Assembly (NCBI GenBank): GCA_965225945.1
Contig: CBDDBZ010000024.1
Span: 64,001 to 128,000 of the forward strand
From: Alphaproteobacteria bacterium
Lineage (GTDB): Bacteria; Pseudomonadota; Alphaproteobacteria; GCA-2731375
Direction of reading: 5' to 3'
Length of the DNA stretch: 64,000 nt
Under the pieces are notes generated by a model. That model was not told where the DNA came from and searched no databases. It saw nothing but the letters and a program-made list of their open reading frames with translations. Shown one piece after another: positions 43,362 through 54,949 of this stretch (position 1 is the first letter of the stretch; every line of letters starts with the position of its first letter). The translations under genes were made by a program, and so were the position numbers.

Positions 43362-44505
43362 TGGAACTTTTGTCCGGCAGTTGGGCGTCGAGTGCTCGAG
43401 CAGTGGCGTGAGAAGGCGATCGCCGGGATCGATGCCTCCTCAACGCAAGGGCGATCCGGTAAAGGCGGAACTGGACATCGCCATGAAGCGGATCGGGGAG
43501 TTGATCATGCAGGTGGAACTGCTGGAGGCCGGACGGAGACGTCCGGCCCTTTGGGGCGGCGGACGCGGCGATGAGTGCCGCCACCTCTCCCGCACGGGTT
43601 TGGCCTACGGCCTCCAGCGGGTCTGTGCGGCCTGGGGTTTTGCCCGTTCCTCGGGAAATCCCGGCAGCAGGCCACCGTGAGCGCCCTCCAGCACGCCGGG
43701 GACCGAAGGATCTCGGACGAGGCTCTGCGCCATCGAGGCCGACCTGGAGGCATCCCCCTGAGGGCGAGGGGCAAGGTCTGGGCTCGGCTTCGGGTCTGTC
43801 GTGGCATCCGTGTTTCCCGCGCGCGGGTGCCCTCCGTGTGACTACGCGAGAACAACCTGCTCTCGCCAACCATCGCTGGCCGCTCGTGGCGGAAATCCGC
43901 CGATGTCGGTGAGATCATCACCTTTTTGCACCGCCGTTGACACTCATGTGGGGCACAGACGGCGTTCGGGTGTTCATCGGTTAACGACGGCTGGGGCTGG
44001 ATATTCACCGCTATCGAGCTTTATTTTGGAGATCGCCGAGTTCTTCACGCTGACCATGTGCGCAAGCAGGCGACCGCTTCGGCCCTTCAGCGATCTCCAT
44101 GGGGCTTGCGAGGCTGTATGCCTCGACCTCCGCCGGTGCGGCGCGGGGGCTGGCCTTGCGGATGGATCACGGCTCCCAGTATCTGTCGGACCACTTCACC
44201 AACCAGATCAAGTTCTGGGGCATCCAGCCGTCCTACGCCTTCGTCGAACAGCCCCAGACCAACGGCGTCGCCGAGAGGTTCAATCGCACGCTCAAGGAAC
44301 AGATCATCCATGGCCGCATCTACCGCAACATCGCGGAGCTGCGGAACGCCGTCCGCGGGTTCGTCGAACAGTACAATGCCCAGTGGATCGTGGAGAAGAA
44401 CGGCTACCTGAGCCCCGCTCAAGCTCGTCAGGCGTGGCACACCGCGATGTCACTCAGGCCCGCCGCATGAGACAAACTTGTGTCCAAGGAACCGGGTGCG
44501 ATACA
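43362..44505 (+). mobile_element. Degenerate or partial copy of the IS3-like element at 48925-50338
   Basis: orfB C-terminus 44099-44470 and right TIR intact; 5' part scrambled. Confidence 0.8.
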
Positions 44506-45708
44506 TTCCGACGTAGTCTTCCCGTACGCGACGTTCGCCTTCTCCCCAAGCTCATACAGGCTCAGGTCTTCTGACCGCTTCGCATGAATGCGCTGGTGTT
44601 CCGCGACCAAGATCTCGCCGCGCCGTCCCAGCAACTCGACCGATATCGCGCCGATCACATCGTCCTGGACCGTGAAGAAATCCGGTGCCGGGCGGTCATA
44701 GGCTTTCGACCAGGCATGAAAGCCCTTTATCGCGTCGATGAGTTGTACGTTGATGCGAATCCGTCCCGCGGCCTGTTGCAAGCTCCCCTCGATGACGTAG
44801 CGGACGCCAAGCTCTTCCGCGATTTGCCGGATTGGCACATTCTTGCCGCGATAGCTGAAGCTGGAGCCGCGTGAGATCACCAATATGTCCGGGTGGCGGG
44901 ACAAGGCGGTTGTGAGCTGTTCAACGAAACCATCGATGAGGAATTGTCGGTCGGGAACCCCGGTCAGGTTGTCGAACGGCAGCACCGCAATCGACGGTTT
45001 GTCGGAAAGCGTGAAGGTCATTTTGGCAGGATCGGCGGGTTCGACTCGCTTGATCCATGGCTTCCACCACCAGGCCCCGCCGCCCACGACGGCGATCAGC
45101 AGGGCGATGGCGGCCGCCGAAGCTAGCAATGGAAATCGGCGTCTTTGCCCGAGGCCAACGACCTTGCCGGCGTCCTCGGGGTCGAGCAGAGCGCGATAGA
45201 CACGCACCGGCTCGACGATGTTCTTGACCTGCCGCTCGCCGAGGAATTGGTAACCGACCTCCACCTTCTGCTTGAGTTGGTCGTAAGCGGTGCCGGAGAT
45301 ACAAATGCCCCCGGGCTCGGCCAACTCTTGCAGACGGGCGGCTATATTGACCCCGTCGCCAAATATGTCCTCGTCCTCGATGACGATATCGCCGAGGTTG
45401 ACGCCGACACGGTATTGGATGCGACGATCGTCCGGCACCTCGGCTTCGCGTTCCGCCATCGCCCGCTGGAGCGCCACGGCACATTCGACGGCGTCGACGA
45501 CGCTGGCGAACTCCACCAGCATGCCGTCGCCCATGAGCTTGACGATGCGTCCATGGTGCTTGGTGATCGCGGGGTCGATCAGCTCGGCTCGGTATGCCTT
45601 TTGCCGCGCGATCGTGCCGCGCTCGTCCGCCTCCATGAGCCGGGAATAGCCGACCATGTCGGCGGCAAAGATCGCGGCAAGTCTGCGCTGTTCGCCCGGG
45701 TCGGCCAT
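44506..45708 (-). pseudogene. Class III adenylate/guanylate cyclase with TolB-like domain, truncated by IS
   Basis: AADMVGYS, KLMGDG, GDGVNIAARL, SIAVLPF; frame runs into the IS end. Confidence 0.88.
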
Positions 45709-46239
45709 GTTCCCGTCCGGCGCCAAGTCGAAAAGCCTAGCAGAGCCGGCAGGTCCCTTCCACCAAGGCGTCGAAACTCGCCGAGCCTTGGAAAGCGGGA
45801 CGCCGAGCCCTAGCGAAAATGGTCGCAATGTCGCCTTCGGCGCAGCAATGCTCTGTTAGCGCCCTCCAAAGAAATGACCGGCCTGGAGGAGGCGCCGAGC
45901 GGCCGAGGGACGGGCCGGTCGCGGAACTCCCGGTCTCGGTACCGGCGACCTCGACCCCCGATCGACTCCGTTGGCCGACGGCGAGGGGCGATATGGCGGG
46001 ACGGGGGTAGTGCCCGTACGGCGCCAGCCTGGCCAATTCCGTCGTTCCCAACCACTATGTCACGTTCCCGATGGTCGAGGTCGCGGTGTCGGGAGGGATG
46101 TTCGGGCGGAACCCGGCACGGATCGCTCGGCTACGTGCGCCGCCGGTGCCGGCGTGATCCTTGCCGGAGCCGGCGGGGTGAGGATAGCCACGGGGGGCGT
46201 GTGCCTTGATGACAAGAAAGCTGGCCTTGAGCACCATGA

Positions 46240-46370
46240 GACCGCCGTTGGAGCCGGTCCCGGAGGTAGGCGGAGTGCTCTACCTACACGCACCGACCAC
46301 CAAATTGCCATGGCAAGCCGAATAAGCTAACTCAGATACCCAAAATCGACGTTCATCTGGGGAATGTCGG
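46240..46370 (+). mobile_element. Orphan IS1380-like right-end fragment
   Basis: CCCGGAGGTAGGCGGAGTGCTCT shared with ~29723-29750 (minus); ends CATCTGGGGAATGTCGG. Confidence 0.5.
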
Positions 46371-46372
46371 CT

Positions 46373-46615
46373 TCAACGGCCAAAGGCGCCGCAGATGCTG
46401 ATCCAGATTTCGTTGTCGATCAATTGGCGCTCGACGGCCCGCACGTAGAAGGGTGCCGCCAGTATCGCCACGGCGAAGAGACCCAGGGCGATTGAGGTCA
46501 GGGGATGGGTGATGAACTCCCGGAAGGAGCCCACGGCCGCCTCCGGATCGGACGCGCTGGTCTCGGCGGGCGGCGGTGCCTCGGATAGATCCAGGCTGTC
46601 CAGGTCTTGTGTCAT
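46373..46615 (-). CDS. Small single-TM hypothetical protein
   Basis: GAGG RBS, one hydrophobic helix. Confidence 0.5.
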   Translation of the reverse strand: MTQDLDSLDLSEAPPPAETSASDPEAAVGSFREFITHPLTSIALGLFAVAILAAPFYVRAVERQLIDNEIWISICGAFGR

Positions 46616-46941
46616 GTCGGATCCTCAGCCCCATGGATACCCGATTTCGCCGCCGTCTCCAAACGACCATGACACGGTCTCCCTCTCTCGTTCGCCCGGG
46701 AGCCCGGCTTCCACGGCGAGAGCTTACATGATGGCGCGCCGCGCGGCCTCGCCGACATAGGTGTTTCGCGTGATGGCGCCATGGGCGATCATCGCTCCGC
46801 GTATCATCATTGGGCCACGCGCTCCCTCGATCCCGGAGTGGTAGCGCGGGCGCCCGGCATCGACAAGGGTTGGTGAGGGAAACGTGGTCGGTGTGGCGCG
46901 ACGGCTCGGCGTCCGCTATATGGAGAAGTGGGAGAAATTTG

Positions 46942-47532
46942 ATGGACGCTCGCCGCCTGACCTTGGCCGTCGCCTGCCTCGCGGTGATCGCCGCGATCGC
47001 GATCAGCACGCTCTCCTTCATAGATCGGGGCGAGGGGGGCGGATCCGGCCAGGCGGCCATCGGAGGCGAGTTCACGCTCACCGATCACGCCGGCCGCCGG
47101 GTCCGCGCCAGCGATTTTCGCGGCCGCCATGTCCTGCTTTACTTCGGCTACACCCACTGCACCGACATCTGCCCGGCCGAGTTGCAGTCCATGAGCCTCG
47201 CCCTCGACGCCTTGGGCGAGCAAGCCGCGCGGGTCAAGCCGGTCTTCATCACCGTCGACCCCGAACGCGACACCGTGGAGGTGCTGGATGCCTATCGCCG
47301 GCACTTCCATCCCGATTTCGCGGCGTTCACCGGATCGCCGGCGGAAATTTCCGCCGCCGCCAAGGCTTACGGGGTCTATTTCGCCAAGGGGGAGGACGAC
47401 GGCGAGGGCAACTATCCGATGGACCATAGCTCCATCGTCTTTCTGATGGGACCGGACGGGCGATATGTCCGCCATTTCTCCGCCAATACCCCACCCGAGA
47501 CGATGGCCGCCGCGATCCGCGAGGCGCTCTAA
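46942..47532 (+). CDS. SCO1/SenC copper chaperone
   Basis: FGYTHCTDICP, ITVDPERD, MDHS. Confidence 0.93.
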   Translation: MDARRLTLAVACLAVIAAIAISTLSFIDRGEGGGSGQAAIGGEFTLTDHAGRRVRASDFRGRHVLLYFGYTHCTDICPAELQSMSLALDALGEQAARVKPVFITVDPERDTVEVLDAYRRHFHPDFAAFTGSPAEISAAAKAYGVYFAKGEDDGEGNYPMDHSSIVFLMGPDGRYVRHFSANTPPETMAAAIREAL

Positions 47533-47930
47533 GGCGAAGTTACCCCAATGTTTGGCGGCTATCGTTTTGACATCGTGGTGAAAGTATCGTTCAGGCTCGG
47601 CTTGGTACTGGGAACGCCTCGATCAGCTGGTGCGCGCACCCGCCCTTCGTTGCGCTGGCGGATCGGGCGGATGCGGATCTCCACGCCCTCGAGGCCGCGA
47701 AACAGCCGCTCGACCTGGGCCAGGCCCGGGTATAGCCATAAACGGATGTCAGGGCACTGCACCTGTTTCGTTCTCGATCGCCCCTTGTGCTAACGTCGTC
47801 ACGGAGACAATCCATTGGGCGAGCCCGGTTACGGGGATTTCGGCGTTGCGATGCCCGATCTGCAAGTTTGCAATCGGGGAGCGACGATCCTAGTTTCGGG
47901 GTTGGAGTTCAAAGGGAGGTGATCATCAAA

Positions 47931-48275
47931 GTGAAACGATTGTTGCTGGCGTCTACCGCGACGCTGATATTCCTGCTGCCTTGGGGAGCTGCCCAGGCGT
48001 TTGAATGCCCGAAGCACTTCACCGCGGCCCAGGCCGCTATCGACAAGGTGAGCGGGGATATGAAGGGCGATATGTCGAAGAAGATGCGCAAGGAAGACAT
48101 GGCACTCGTGCATGCTCTGCTCGACGACGCCAAATCACGACTCGCCTCGGCCAAGCACAATCACGAAAAGCCCCAAGGGGGCTTTGATCACGCCCGTTCC
48201 ATCGCCAAGGCCGACGCGGCGCGAGGCTACGCCGTCGCCGCCGATATATTCCATTTCAAGCTGATGTCGATGTAG
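47931..48275 (+). CDS. Secreted His/Met-rich small helical protein (putative metal binding)
   Basis: GGAGG RBS, signal peptide AQA, many His and Met residues. Confidence 0.65.
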   Translation: MKRLLLASTATLIFLLPWGAAQAFECPKHFTAAQAAIDKVSGDMKGDMSKKMRKEDMALVHALLDDAKSRLASAKHNHEKPQGGFDHARSIAKADAARGYAVAADIFHFKLMSM

Positions 48276-48339
48276 CGCAAGCCCCTCGGCGCTCGCCGGG
48301 GAGGCACGGCGATCCGTGCCTTGACCACGGGAGCGGGAG

Positions 48340-51111
48340 ATGTCGGCACTGAAATGCTATATCACGGCGGCTCTCGGTTTCGCGTCGGTGATCGCGGCGT
48401 CTTCGTTTGTTGCGAATGCGGACACGCACTGGGCGGAGCCCCGTATTCCGGGCACGTCCGAGCAGGCCCTGGTTCTGGGCCGAGACCTCGACGGCGACGG
48501 CGATCCCGATGAAATTACGATCCGCCTGGAGGTGATCGAGGTCGCGGAAGAGGTTTATCCCGGGGAGTTCGTGAAGTTCTGGGTATTCGCCCCCGAGGGC
48601 CGGGGCATGACTCCGGTTGCCCGCGCGCCGAGTCCCACCATCCGCGTCGAACAGGGCGACCGGGTGCGCATCATCCTCCAGAACACGCACTACTTTCCGC
48701 ACACCATTCACCCCCACGGGACGATCCACCCGAATGCCATGGACGGGGTGCCCGACATCACTCAGGCGGCGGTCAAGCCCGGTGAGTCCTTTAGCTACGA
48801 GTTCACCGCGAAAAACCCCGGCACGTTCTTCTATCACTGCCACGTCCAGCCCGATGTGCACGTGCTCATGGGCCTGGTCGGAATGCTGATCATCGAGCCC
48901 AACCGGGCGAACAACATATTCACGTGAGTCGGACCCGATTTCCTTGGACACAGAATTGGCTTAATCGAAGTGTCCAAGGAGGACCGGAACATGACCGATA
49001 ATTTTGAGAAGAAAGTTGCTGTTGATGGGCCTGTGGTAAATGCGGGCGAGCTTGGCTCGTCCACGTTTTCCCCAGGCCAGGCTTTGCCGGCAGGCCCGCT
49101 GGGACTTGGCCAGCGATGGACGGTGGCGCGCAAGCGTGAGGTCGTTCTGCGGCTTTTGCGTGACGAGCCGGTGCAACTTCTGTCGCGCCAGTTGGGCGTA
49201 GAGATCTTCCGGCTCGAGCAGTGGCGTGAGAAAGCGATCGGCGGGATCGACGCCTCGCTCAAGCAACGCAAGGGCGATCCGGTGCAGGCGGAACTGGATA
49301 GCGCCATGAAGCGGATCGGAGAGTTGACCATGCAGGTGGAACTGCTGGAGGCCAAGACGGAGACCTTCGGCCCTTTGGGGCGGCGGAGGTCGCGGCGATG
49401 AGTGCCGCCACCTCGCCCGGCACGGGTCTGGCCTACGGCCTGCGGCGGGTCTGCGCCGCCTGGGGCATGGCCCGCTCCTCGTTCTACGCCATGACCTCCG
49501 GCCAGCACGCCGAGCAGCCGCCGGCAAAGCGTCGGGGACCGAAGCCCGCGATCTCGGACCAGGCGCTGCTGGTGGCGATCGAAGCCGACCTGGAGGCATC
49601 GCCCTGGGAGGGCGAGGGCTACCGCAAGGTCTGGGCTCGGCTTCGGGTCTGTCGCGACATCCGGGTTGCCCGCAAACGGGTGCTCCGCCTGATGCGCGAG
49701 AACAATCTGCTCTCGCCCCATCGCTGCCGCCGCCGTGGCGGCAATCCCCATGACGGTGAGATCATCACTCATGCCCCGAACCTCATGTGGGGCACCGATG
49801 GCGTTCGGGTGTTCACGGTGGACGACGGCTGGGGCTGGATCTTCACCGCCGTCGAGCATTGGAACGCCGAGTGTGTCGGCTGGCATGTCTGCAAGCGCGG
49901 CGACCGCTTCGCCGCCCTGCAGCCGATCTCCATGGGGCTTGCCGGGCTGTATGGCTCGACCGCGGCCGGCGCGGCTCGGGGGCTGGCCTTGCGGATGGAT
50001 CACGGCTCCCAGTATCTGTCGGACCACTTCACCAACCAGATCAAGTTCTGGGGCGTCCAGCCGTCCTACGCCTTCGTCGCCGAGCCCCAGACCAACGGCG
50101 TCGCCGAGCGGTTCAATCGCACGCTGAAGGAACAGATCATCCATGGTCGCATCTACCGCAACATCGCGGAGCTGCGGGACGCCGTCCGCGACTTCGTCGA
50201 ACTCTACAATGCCCAGTGGATCGTCGAAAAGAACGGCTACCTGAGCCCCGCTCAAGCTCGTCAGGCGTGGCACGCCGCGATCTCAATCAGGCCCGCCGCG
50301 TGAGACAAACTTGTGTCCAAGGAACCGGGTGCGCTACAATAACATATTCACGCATCTCGTGCTCGGTGCGGGGCGCATGCCGGAGCTCGCCAAGGCCACC
50401 GTGGAGGAGGGGTACGGTCGCGAGTATTCGCTGGTGTACATGGATATCGATGCGCGGTTGAACCGCATTCCCGCCGCCTACAAGGACCCGCGCGAGATCG
50501 AGAAACGCATGCACCGGGAGTATGATTCGACCCAGCGTCGGCCGAATATCTTCCTGCTCAACGGCCGCTCGTTCCCCTTCACCCTGCGTGACACGCCGAT
50601 CGAGGTGAAATCGGGCGAGCGGGTCAAGCTACGGATCCTGAATGCCGGCACCCGGCCGATCAAACTGCACACTCACGGCCATCATCCGACGCTGACCCAC
50701 CTCGACGGCTATCCGGTGCCCGCCGGCATGCGCTACACCCGCGATGTCTTCGATCTCGGCGCCGCCCAGCGGATCGACCTGGAGCTCAGGCCGGGAAGCG
50801 ACGACCGCTACGCCTCGGGGCCCGGGGTGTGGATCATGCACGACCATACCGAGCATACCGTCACCAACAAGGGGATCAGCCCCGGTGGAGACATCACCGC
50901 GATCGTCTATGAGGGGTTCATGGGTGACGACGGGCTGCCAAAGGTCGCCACCAGCCTCGATCGTTTCTTCGATCCCGAGTACTACCTCGGTCACGTCCCG
51001 GTCTTTGATCCGGCCATTTTCAACACCACGCGCGAGGACTATGAATACGGCTGGCCGGAGGAAGAGCCCCTGGGCGGCAGATTCAGCTATCCGATCCGCG
51101 CGGCCGAGTAG
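48340..51111 (+). pseudogene. Two-domain multicopper oxidase split by IS (48340-48924 + 50353-51111)
   Basis: HTIHPHG, YHCHV..H..M, LHTHGH, MHDH; rejoins in frame NNIFT|HLVLG. Confidence 0.9.
48925..50338 (+). mobile_element. IS3-like two-ORF element (orfA 48991-49401, orfB 49398-50303)
   Basis: TG...CA TIRs sharing TTCCTTGGACACA; WGTD, MDHGSQY, NGVAERF; 14-bp flanking duplication. Confidence 0.92.
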
Positions 51112-51133
51112 GAAGCGGCCGGAGGGTCTCGTC

Positions 51134-51868
51134 ATGAAGAGAAGGCTTCTCGTTGCCATCTCGGCCGTTGCTCTCGCCATGGCCGCGTCGGGCTCTGCCC
51201 GGGCGTTCACCGAGCTCGAGGCCGCCTTCGTCCCAGAGGATCCCCTCGAGCAGCACCGGATCGTGGCGAGGTCGTGCGAGCAACCGCGCGGCTTTCGCCG
51301 AATTGAAATGAAAGGAGGAACCAGGTTTGCGCGCGAAGGCGAAGTGTTCGCTTTCGAGCCCCGGGAGATTCGGGCGGGACGCTGCGAAGAGGTGGAGATC
51401 GTTCTGGAAAATACCGACACGGTGCGGCACGCCCTCATGCTGCCCGGCCTCAACCCCATGTTTGCGCTGGAGTTCACCGGGCGTGGGGTCGAGCGCCTTC
51501 GTTTCGTGACCCCCGACGAAGACGTCACCCTGAAGTTCCACTGCCATGTCCCAACCCATGAACAGTTTGGGATGGTGGGCGAACTGATCGTGGGCAAGGG
51601 CGGCAAAGCGCCGGCGCGCGAGACAACGCCACCGGGGACCGCGCGCCTTTTCGAAGGCCTCGGCAGCGTCGTCGCCGTCGAGCGGCGCGAGAACCGCCTG
51701 GTCCTCAGCCATGGGGAGATCAAGGGCTTCATGGCGGCGATGGCGGAAATGAGCTTCATGGTCACTCCCGCCACGCTGCTTAAAGGAATCGAACCGGGCG
51801 ACAAGGTGCGCTTCACCATCGACGCCGACAAACGCGCGATCGTCGACGTGGTTCCCCTCGACAGGTAA
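51134..51868 (+). CDS. Cupredoxin plus CusF-like copper-binding fusion protein
   Basis: Signal peptide, FHCHVPTHEQFGM T1 site, LSHGEIKGFMAAMAEMSF. Confidence 0.8.
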   Translation: MKRRLLVAISAVALAMAASGSARAFTELEAAFVPEDPLEQHRIVARSCEQPRGFRRIEMKGGTRFAREGEVFAFEPREIRAGRCEEVEIVLENTDTVRHALMLPGLNPMFALEFTGRGVERLRFVTPDEDVTLKFHCHVPTHEQFGMVGELIVGKGGKAPARETTPPGTARLFEGLGSVVAVERRENRLVLSHGEIKGFMAAMAEMSFMVTPATLLKGIEPGDKVRFTIDADKRAIVDVVPLDR

Positions 51869-52048
51869 CTGGCCGGCGCGACTTCCGCTCGGAGTCGGCA
51901 ATGATGCATTAGCATCTCATAATGGAGCGCCCCGTCCCTAGGCTAGATCCGACGTCGATGGAGGGATTACCGAATTTCGGTCCACGACGGCACAAAACGG
52001 GGGTAGACTCCCCGTCATGGCGAGACGGCGGGATCGGGTGGGGGTAAG

Positions 52049-52951
52049 ATGCGGGAAACAATTCCAAGCGGTTGGATGCTGGGCGCGGAGGTTCGGGGCA
52101 TCGATCTGGCCGCGCCGCTAGCGGGCGACGACGTAGCCTACATCGAGTCGGCTTGGCACGATCATCTCGTTGTGTTGTTTCGTGAGCAGAAAATCGGCGA
52201 CGAAGACTTGTTGGCAATGGCCGAAGCCTTTGGCGGCGCGCAGGCTACCGAGTCACGATCTTATTACCTCGAGGCCGGCTATACGGAAAAGTCCGCGCGT
52301 CTATCGGCGCTTCCCGGCATTTCAATCGTTTCCAATCTGGACGAAAACGGCCAGCCCGTCGCGCTCCACGCCGGTAGCGGCAGTCAACCGCTCAAATGGC
52401 ACAGCGACAATTCCTATGTGGACAATCCGCCAAAAGGCAGCATTCTGCACGCGCTTCGGGTTCCGCTGAACGGTGGCGGCCGGACCTCGTTCGCCAACCA
52501 ATATGCGGCCTACAATTCGCTTCCCGAAGCGACCAAGGCGCGCCTTTCCGGCCTGCATGTCAAACACGATACCAGCCGCAACACGGCCGGCGGCCAGCGC
52601 CCTTCGCGCACGCTTCCGACGACGCGCGAGGAGGTGATCGGGCCAATCCATCCCCTGCTCCGCATCCATCCCGTGACGGGCAAGACCGCGCTCTACCTCG
52701 GCCGCCGCTATGCGCCGCCATCGAGTCATATCGTCGAACTCGGGGAGGCGGAAAGCGAAGCCCTGCTGGACGAGCTTTGGGCATTGGCCTCGGCAGAAGC
52801 GCTCACCTGGACGCACGGGGATTGGCGGGCGGGCGATGTGTTGATGTGGGATAATCGCTGCACGCTCCATGCCCGCGGTCCCATCGACCCGACCCAGGCG
52901 CGCGAAATGCATCGCACGCTCGTCAAGGGCGAGCCGGTAATCGCTGGTTAG
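52049..52951 (+). CDS. TauD/TfdA dioxygenase
   Basis: WHSD, HPLLRIHPVTG, WDNRCTLH. Confidence 0.92.
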   Translation: MRETIPSGWMLGAEVRGIDLAAPLAGDDVAYIESAWHDHLVVLFREQKIGDEDLLAMAEAFGGAQATESRSYYLEAGYTEKSARLSALPGISIVSNLDENGQPVALHAGSGSQPLKWHSDNSYVDNPPKGSILHALRVPLNGGGRTSFANQYAAYNSLPEATKARLSGLHVKHDTSRNTAGGQRPSRTLPTTREEVIGPIHPLLRIHPVTGKTALYLGRRYAPPSSHIVELGEAESEALLDELWALASAEALTWTHGDWRAGDVLMWDNRCTLHARGPIDPTQAREMHRTLVKGEPVIAG

Positions 52952-53015
52952 ACGATCGTGAAAATGTCCCTCGACTTCGCCTCGGATCACTTTTCGGGGT
53001 CGGGAAAAAGCCCCT

Positions 53016-53096
53016 CGGCTTCGCCTCTGTATCCTTTTTCCGGCTTCGCCTCTGTATCCTTTTTCCGGCTTCGCCTCTGTATCCTTTTTCCGGCTT
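53016..53096. repeat. Tandem 25-bp repeat x3.2
   Basis: CGGCTTCGCCTCTGTATCCTTTTTC at 53016, 53041 and 53066. Confidence 0.95.
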
Positions 53097-53328
53097 TGAT
53101 TCGGCCAATTCCGCCCTCGGGGCGATACGGCGAGCGGATTTTTCGTTTTTGACAAAGAGATGAAAATGCGGCGCCGGGCCGCCTCTAGCACGCCCTGCTC
53201 GCCGCTGCGTGCCGCCCAGAATGACGGATCAGATCAATTCATCTCAATTGCCATGGTACACGACGGCATTTACGTAGGACGTTGAAAAAAATTCCCGATT
53301 CACTCCACGACGAGTCAAGAGGGAAATC

Positions 53329-54183
53329 ATGCGAGACAACCCGATCAACGCCCTGCGTGAGACGCTACGATGCGGCTTCGCCTTTCGCAAGAGCCGTCTG
53401 GAGAGCCTTTGCGTCTTGGTCTTCGGCGTGTTCGTCGCCCGGACGGTGAACCTCTCTCACTTGGCCTGCCACTTTCCGGGGCGCGCGCGATCCAGCTCCA
53501 ACTATCGGCGCCTGCAACGGTTTTTCGAGCAAGTCGATTTCGATTACGATCGCCTCGCCGAGTTCCTGGTCGCGATGATGGGGCTCCAGGCGGGGCCGTG
53601 GCGGCTGACCATGGACCGGACCAACTGGCGGCTGGGTCGCCGCGACGTCAACATCTTGATGATCGGCATCGTCAACCGCGCCATCGCCATTCCCGTGTGC
53701 TGGCGGGTGCTCGACAAGGCGGGCAATTCCAATACCAAGGAGCGGATCGCGATCCTCGAACACGTCCTCCGGCTCTTCGGGGTCGACAAGATCGCCAGCC
53801 TCCTGGCCGACCGGGAATTCATCGGCGACGCCTGGCTGGCATGGTTGCAGGAAAAGGCCATCCCCTTTCACATCCGCATCCGATCCAACATCAAGATCGC
53901 CAACACGCGTGGTCGCATGGTCAAGGCGAGGGAGCTGTTTCGCGACCTCAAACCCGGGGAAAGCCGCATCCTCTCCAACGCCAGGCGCCTCTCGGAGGCC
54001 AGAAAACCCAAGGCCAGGCCCGTCTTCGTCGCCGCGCTCCATCTCAAGACCGGCGAACTGTTGATCGTCGTGACCAACGACGCGCCCGAGGAGGCCTTGG
54101 CCATCTACGCCCAGCGCTGGCAAATCGAGACCCTCTTCGCCGCCTTGAAAACCCGTGGCTTCAACCTCGAAGACACCCACATC
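53329..54183 (+). pseudogene. IS4-family transposase, 3'-truncated
   Basis: MDRTNW, LADREF, YAQRWQIETLF..LKTRGFNLEDTH. Confidence 0.88.
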
Positions 54184-54627
54184 AATTGCACTATTTTTTG
54201 TCTTTCGGCTCGTCCGCGTCTTCCGCAACGTCGGCGGCCTCCGTGTCATCCGCCTATTTTTTGTTTTCGCTTCGCCCGCCTCATCCTCCTCGGCCTTCTC
54301 CGACTCGTCGCTCAGCTGTTTGCTCTCTCCTTCCGCCGTCGCTTTTTCGTGCGGCTCGTCGGGCCATGGCGCAAAGGGGAACGGCTTTTCTTCCGTGGCG
54401 AAGGTCAAATAGATTATGATCTGCTGGAGGTAGCGGGCCAGATTGCGGCCGAAGCGGGCCAACCGGTCGTTCGGGTGGCCGGAAAACAGGCTGGCGAAAA
54501 ACTGGAACACGACGACAGCGAAGGTGACGACCCCCGCCACATCGAGAGCCACGGTCAAAACGATCATGAAGAACAGGCGGAGCCAGATTTCGCGGCGTCT
54601 GATGTTTTCCTTTGTGGTCCCACTCAT
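54184..54627 (-). CDS. DUF4389-like membrane protein (stop codon lost at junction)
   Basis: WLRLFFM...YLTFATEEKPFPFAPWP. Confidence 0.75.
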
Positions 54628-54949
54628 TCCGCTTCCCCCATCGTCCTTTTCATCCGCGACCGCGTTCATCGGCGTCGACTCCATGTTAGCTGACATTCCA
54701 CGCCACGCCATCCCAACGCCATCTTTTGGTCGCATGCGCAAGCGGCGATGGCGTTCCACGAACTCGCTCGCCCGGCCGAGGCCGAGTCTGGGCTCGAGGC
54801 AGCGCCAGAAATGCAACCTGATCTGTCGCCGAGCACGGTCACGACGATGCTGCCTCCGGCGCAGGGCGATTTCCGTGATTGCCCGGTCACGGCGCTGCGT
54901 CGGCTTCGTCACCGACATCTAACCGATCCGGGCAGCCGGTCCCCTCGGG

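Noticed and set aside
53016-53096. 25-bp repeats as a CRISPR array
   Set aside because: Head-to-tail copies with no spacers.
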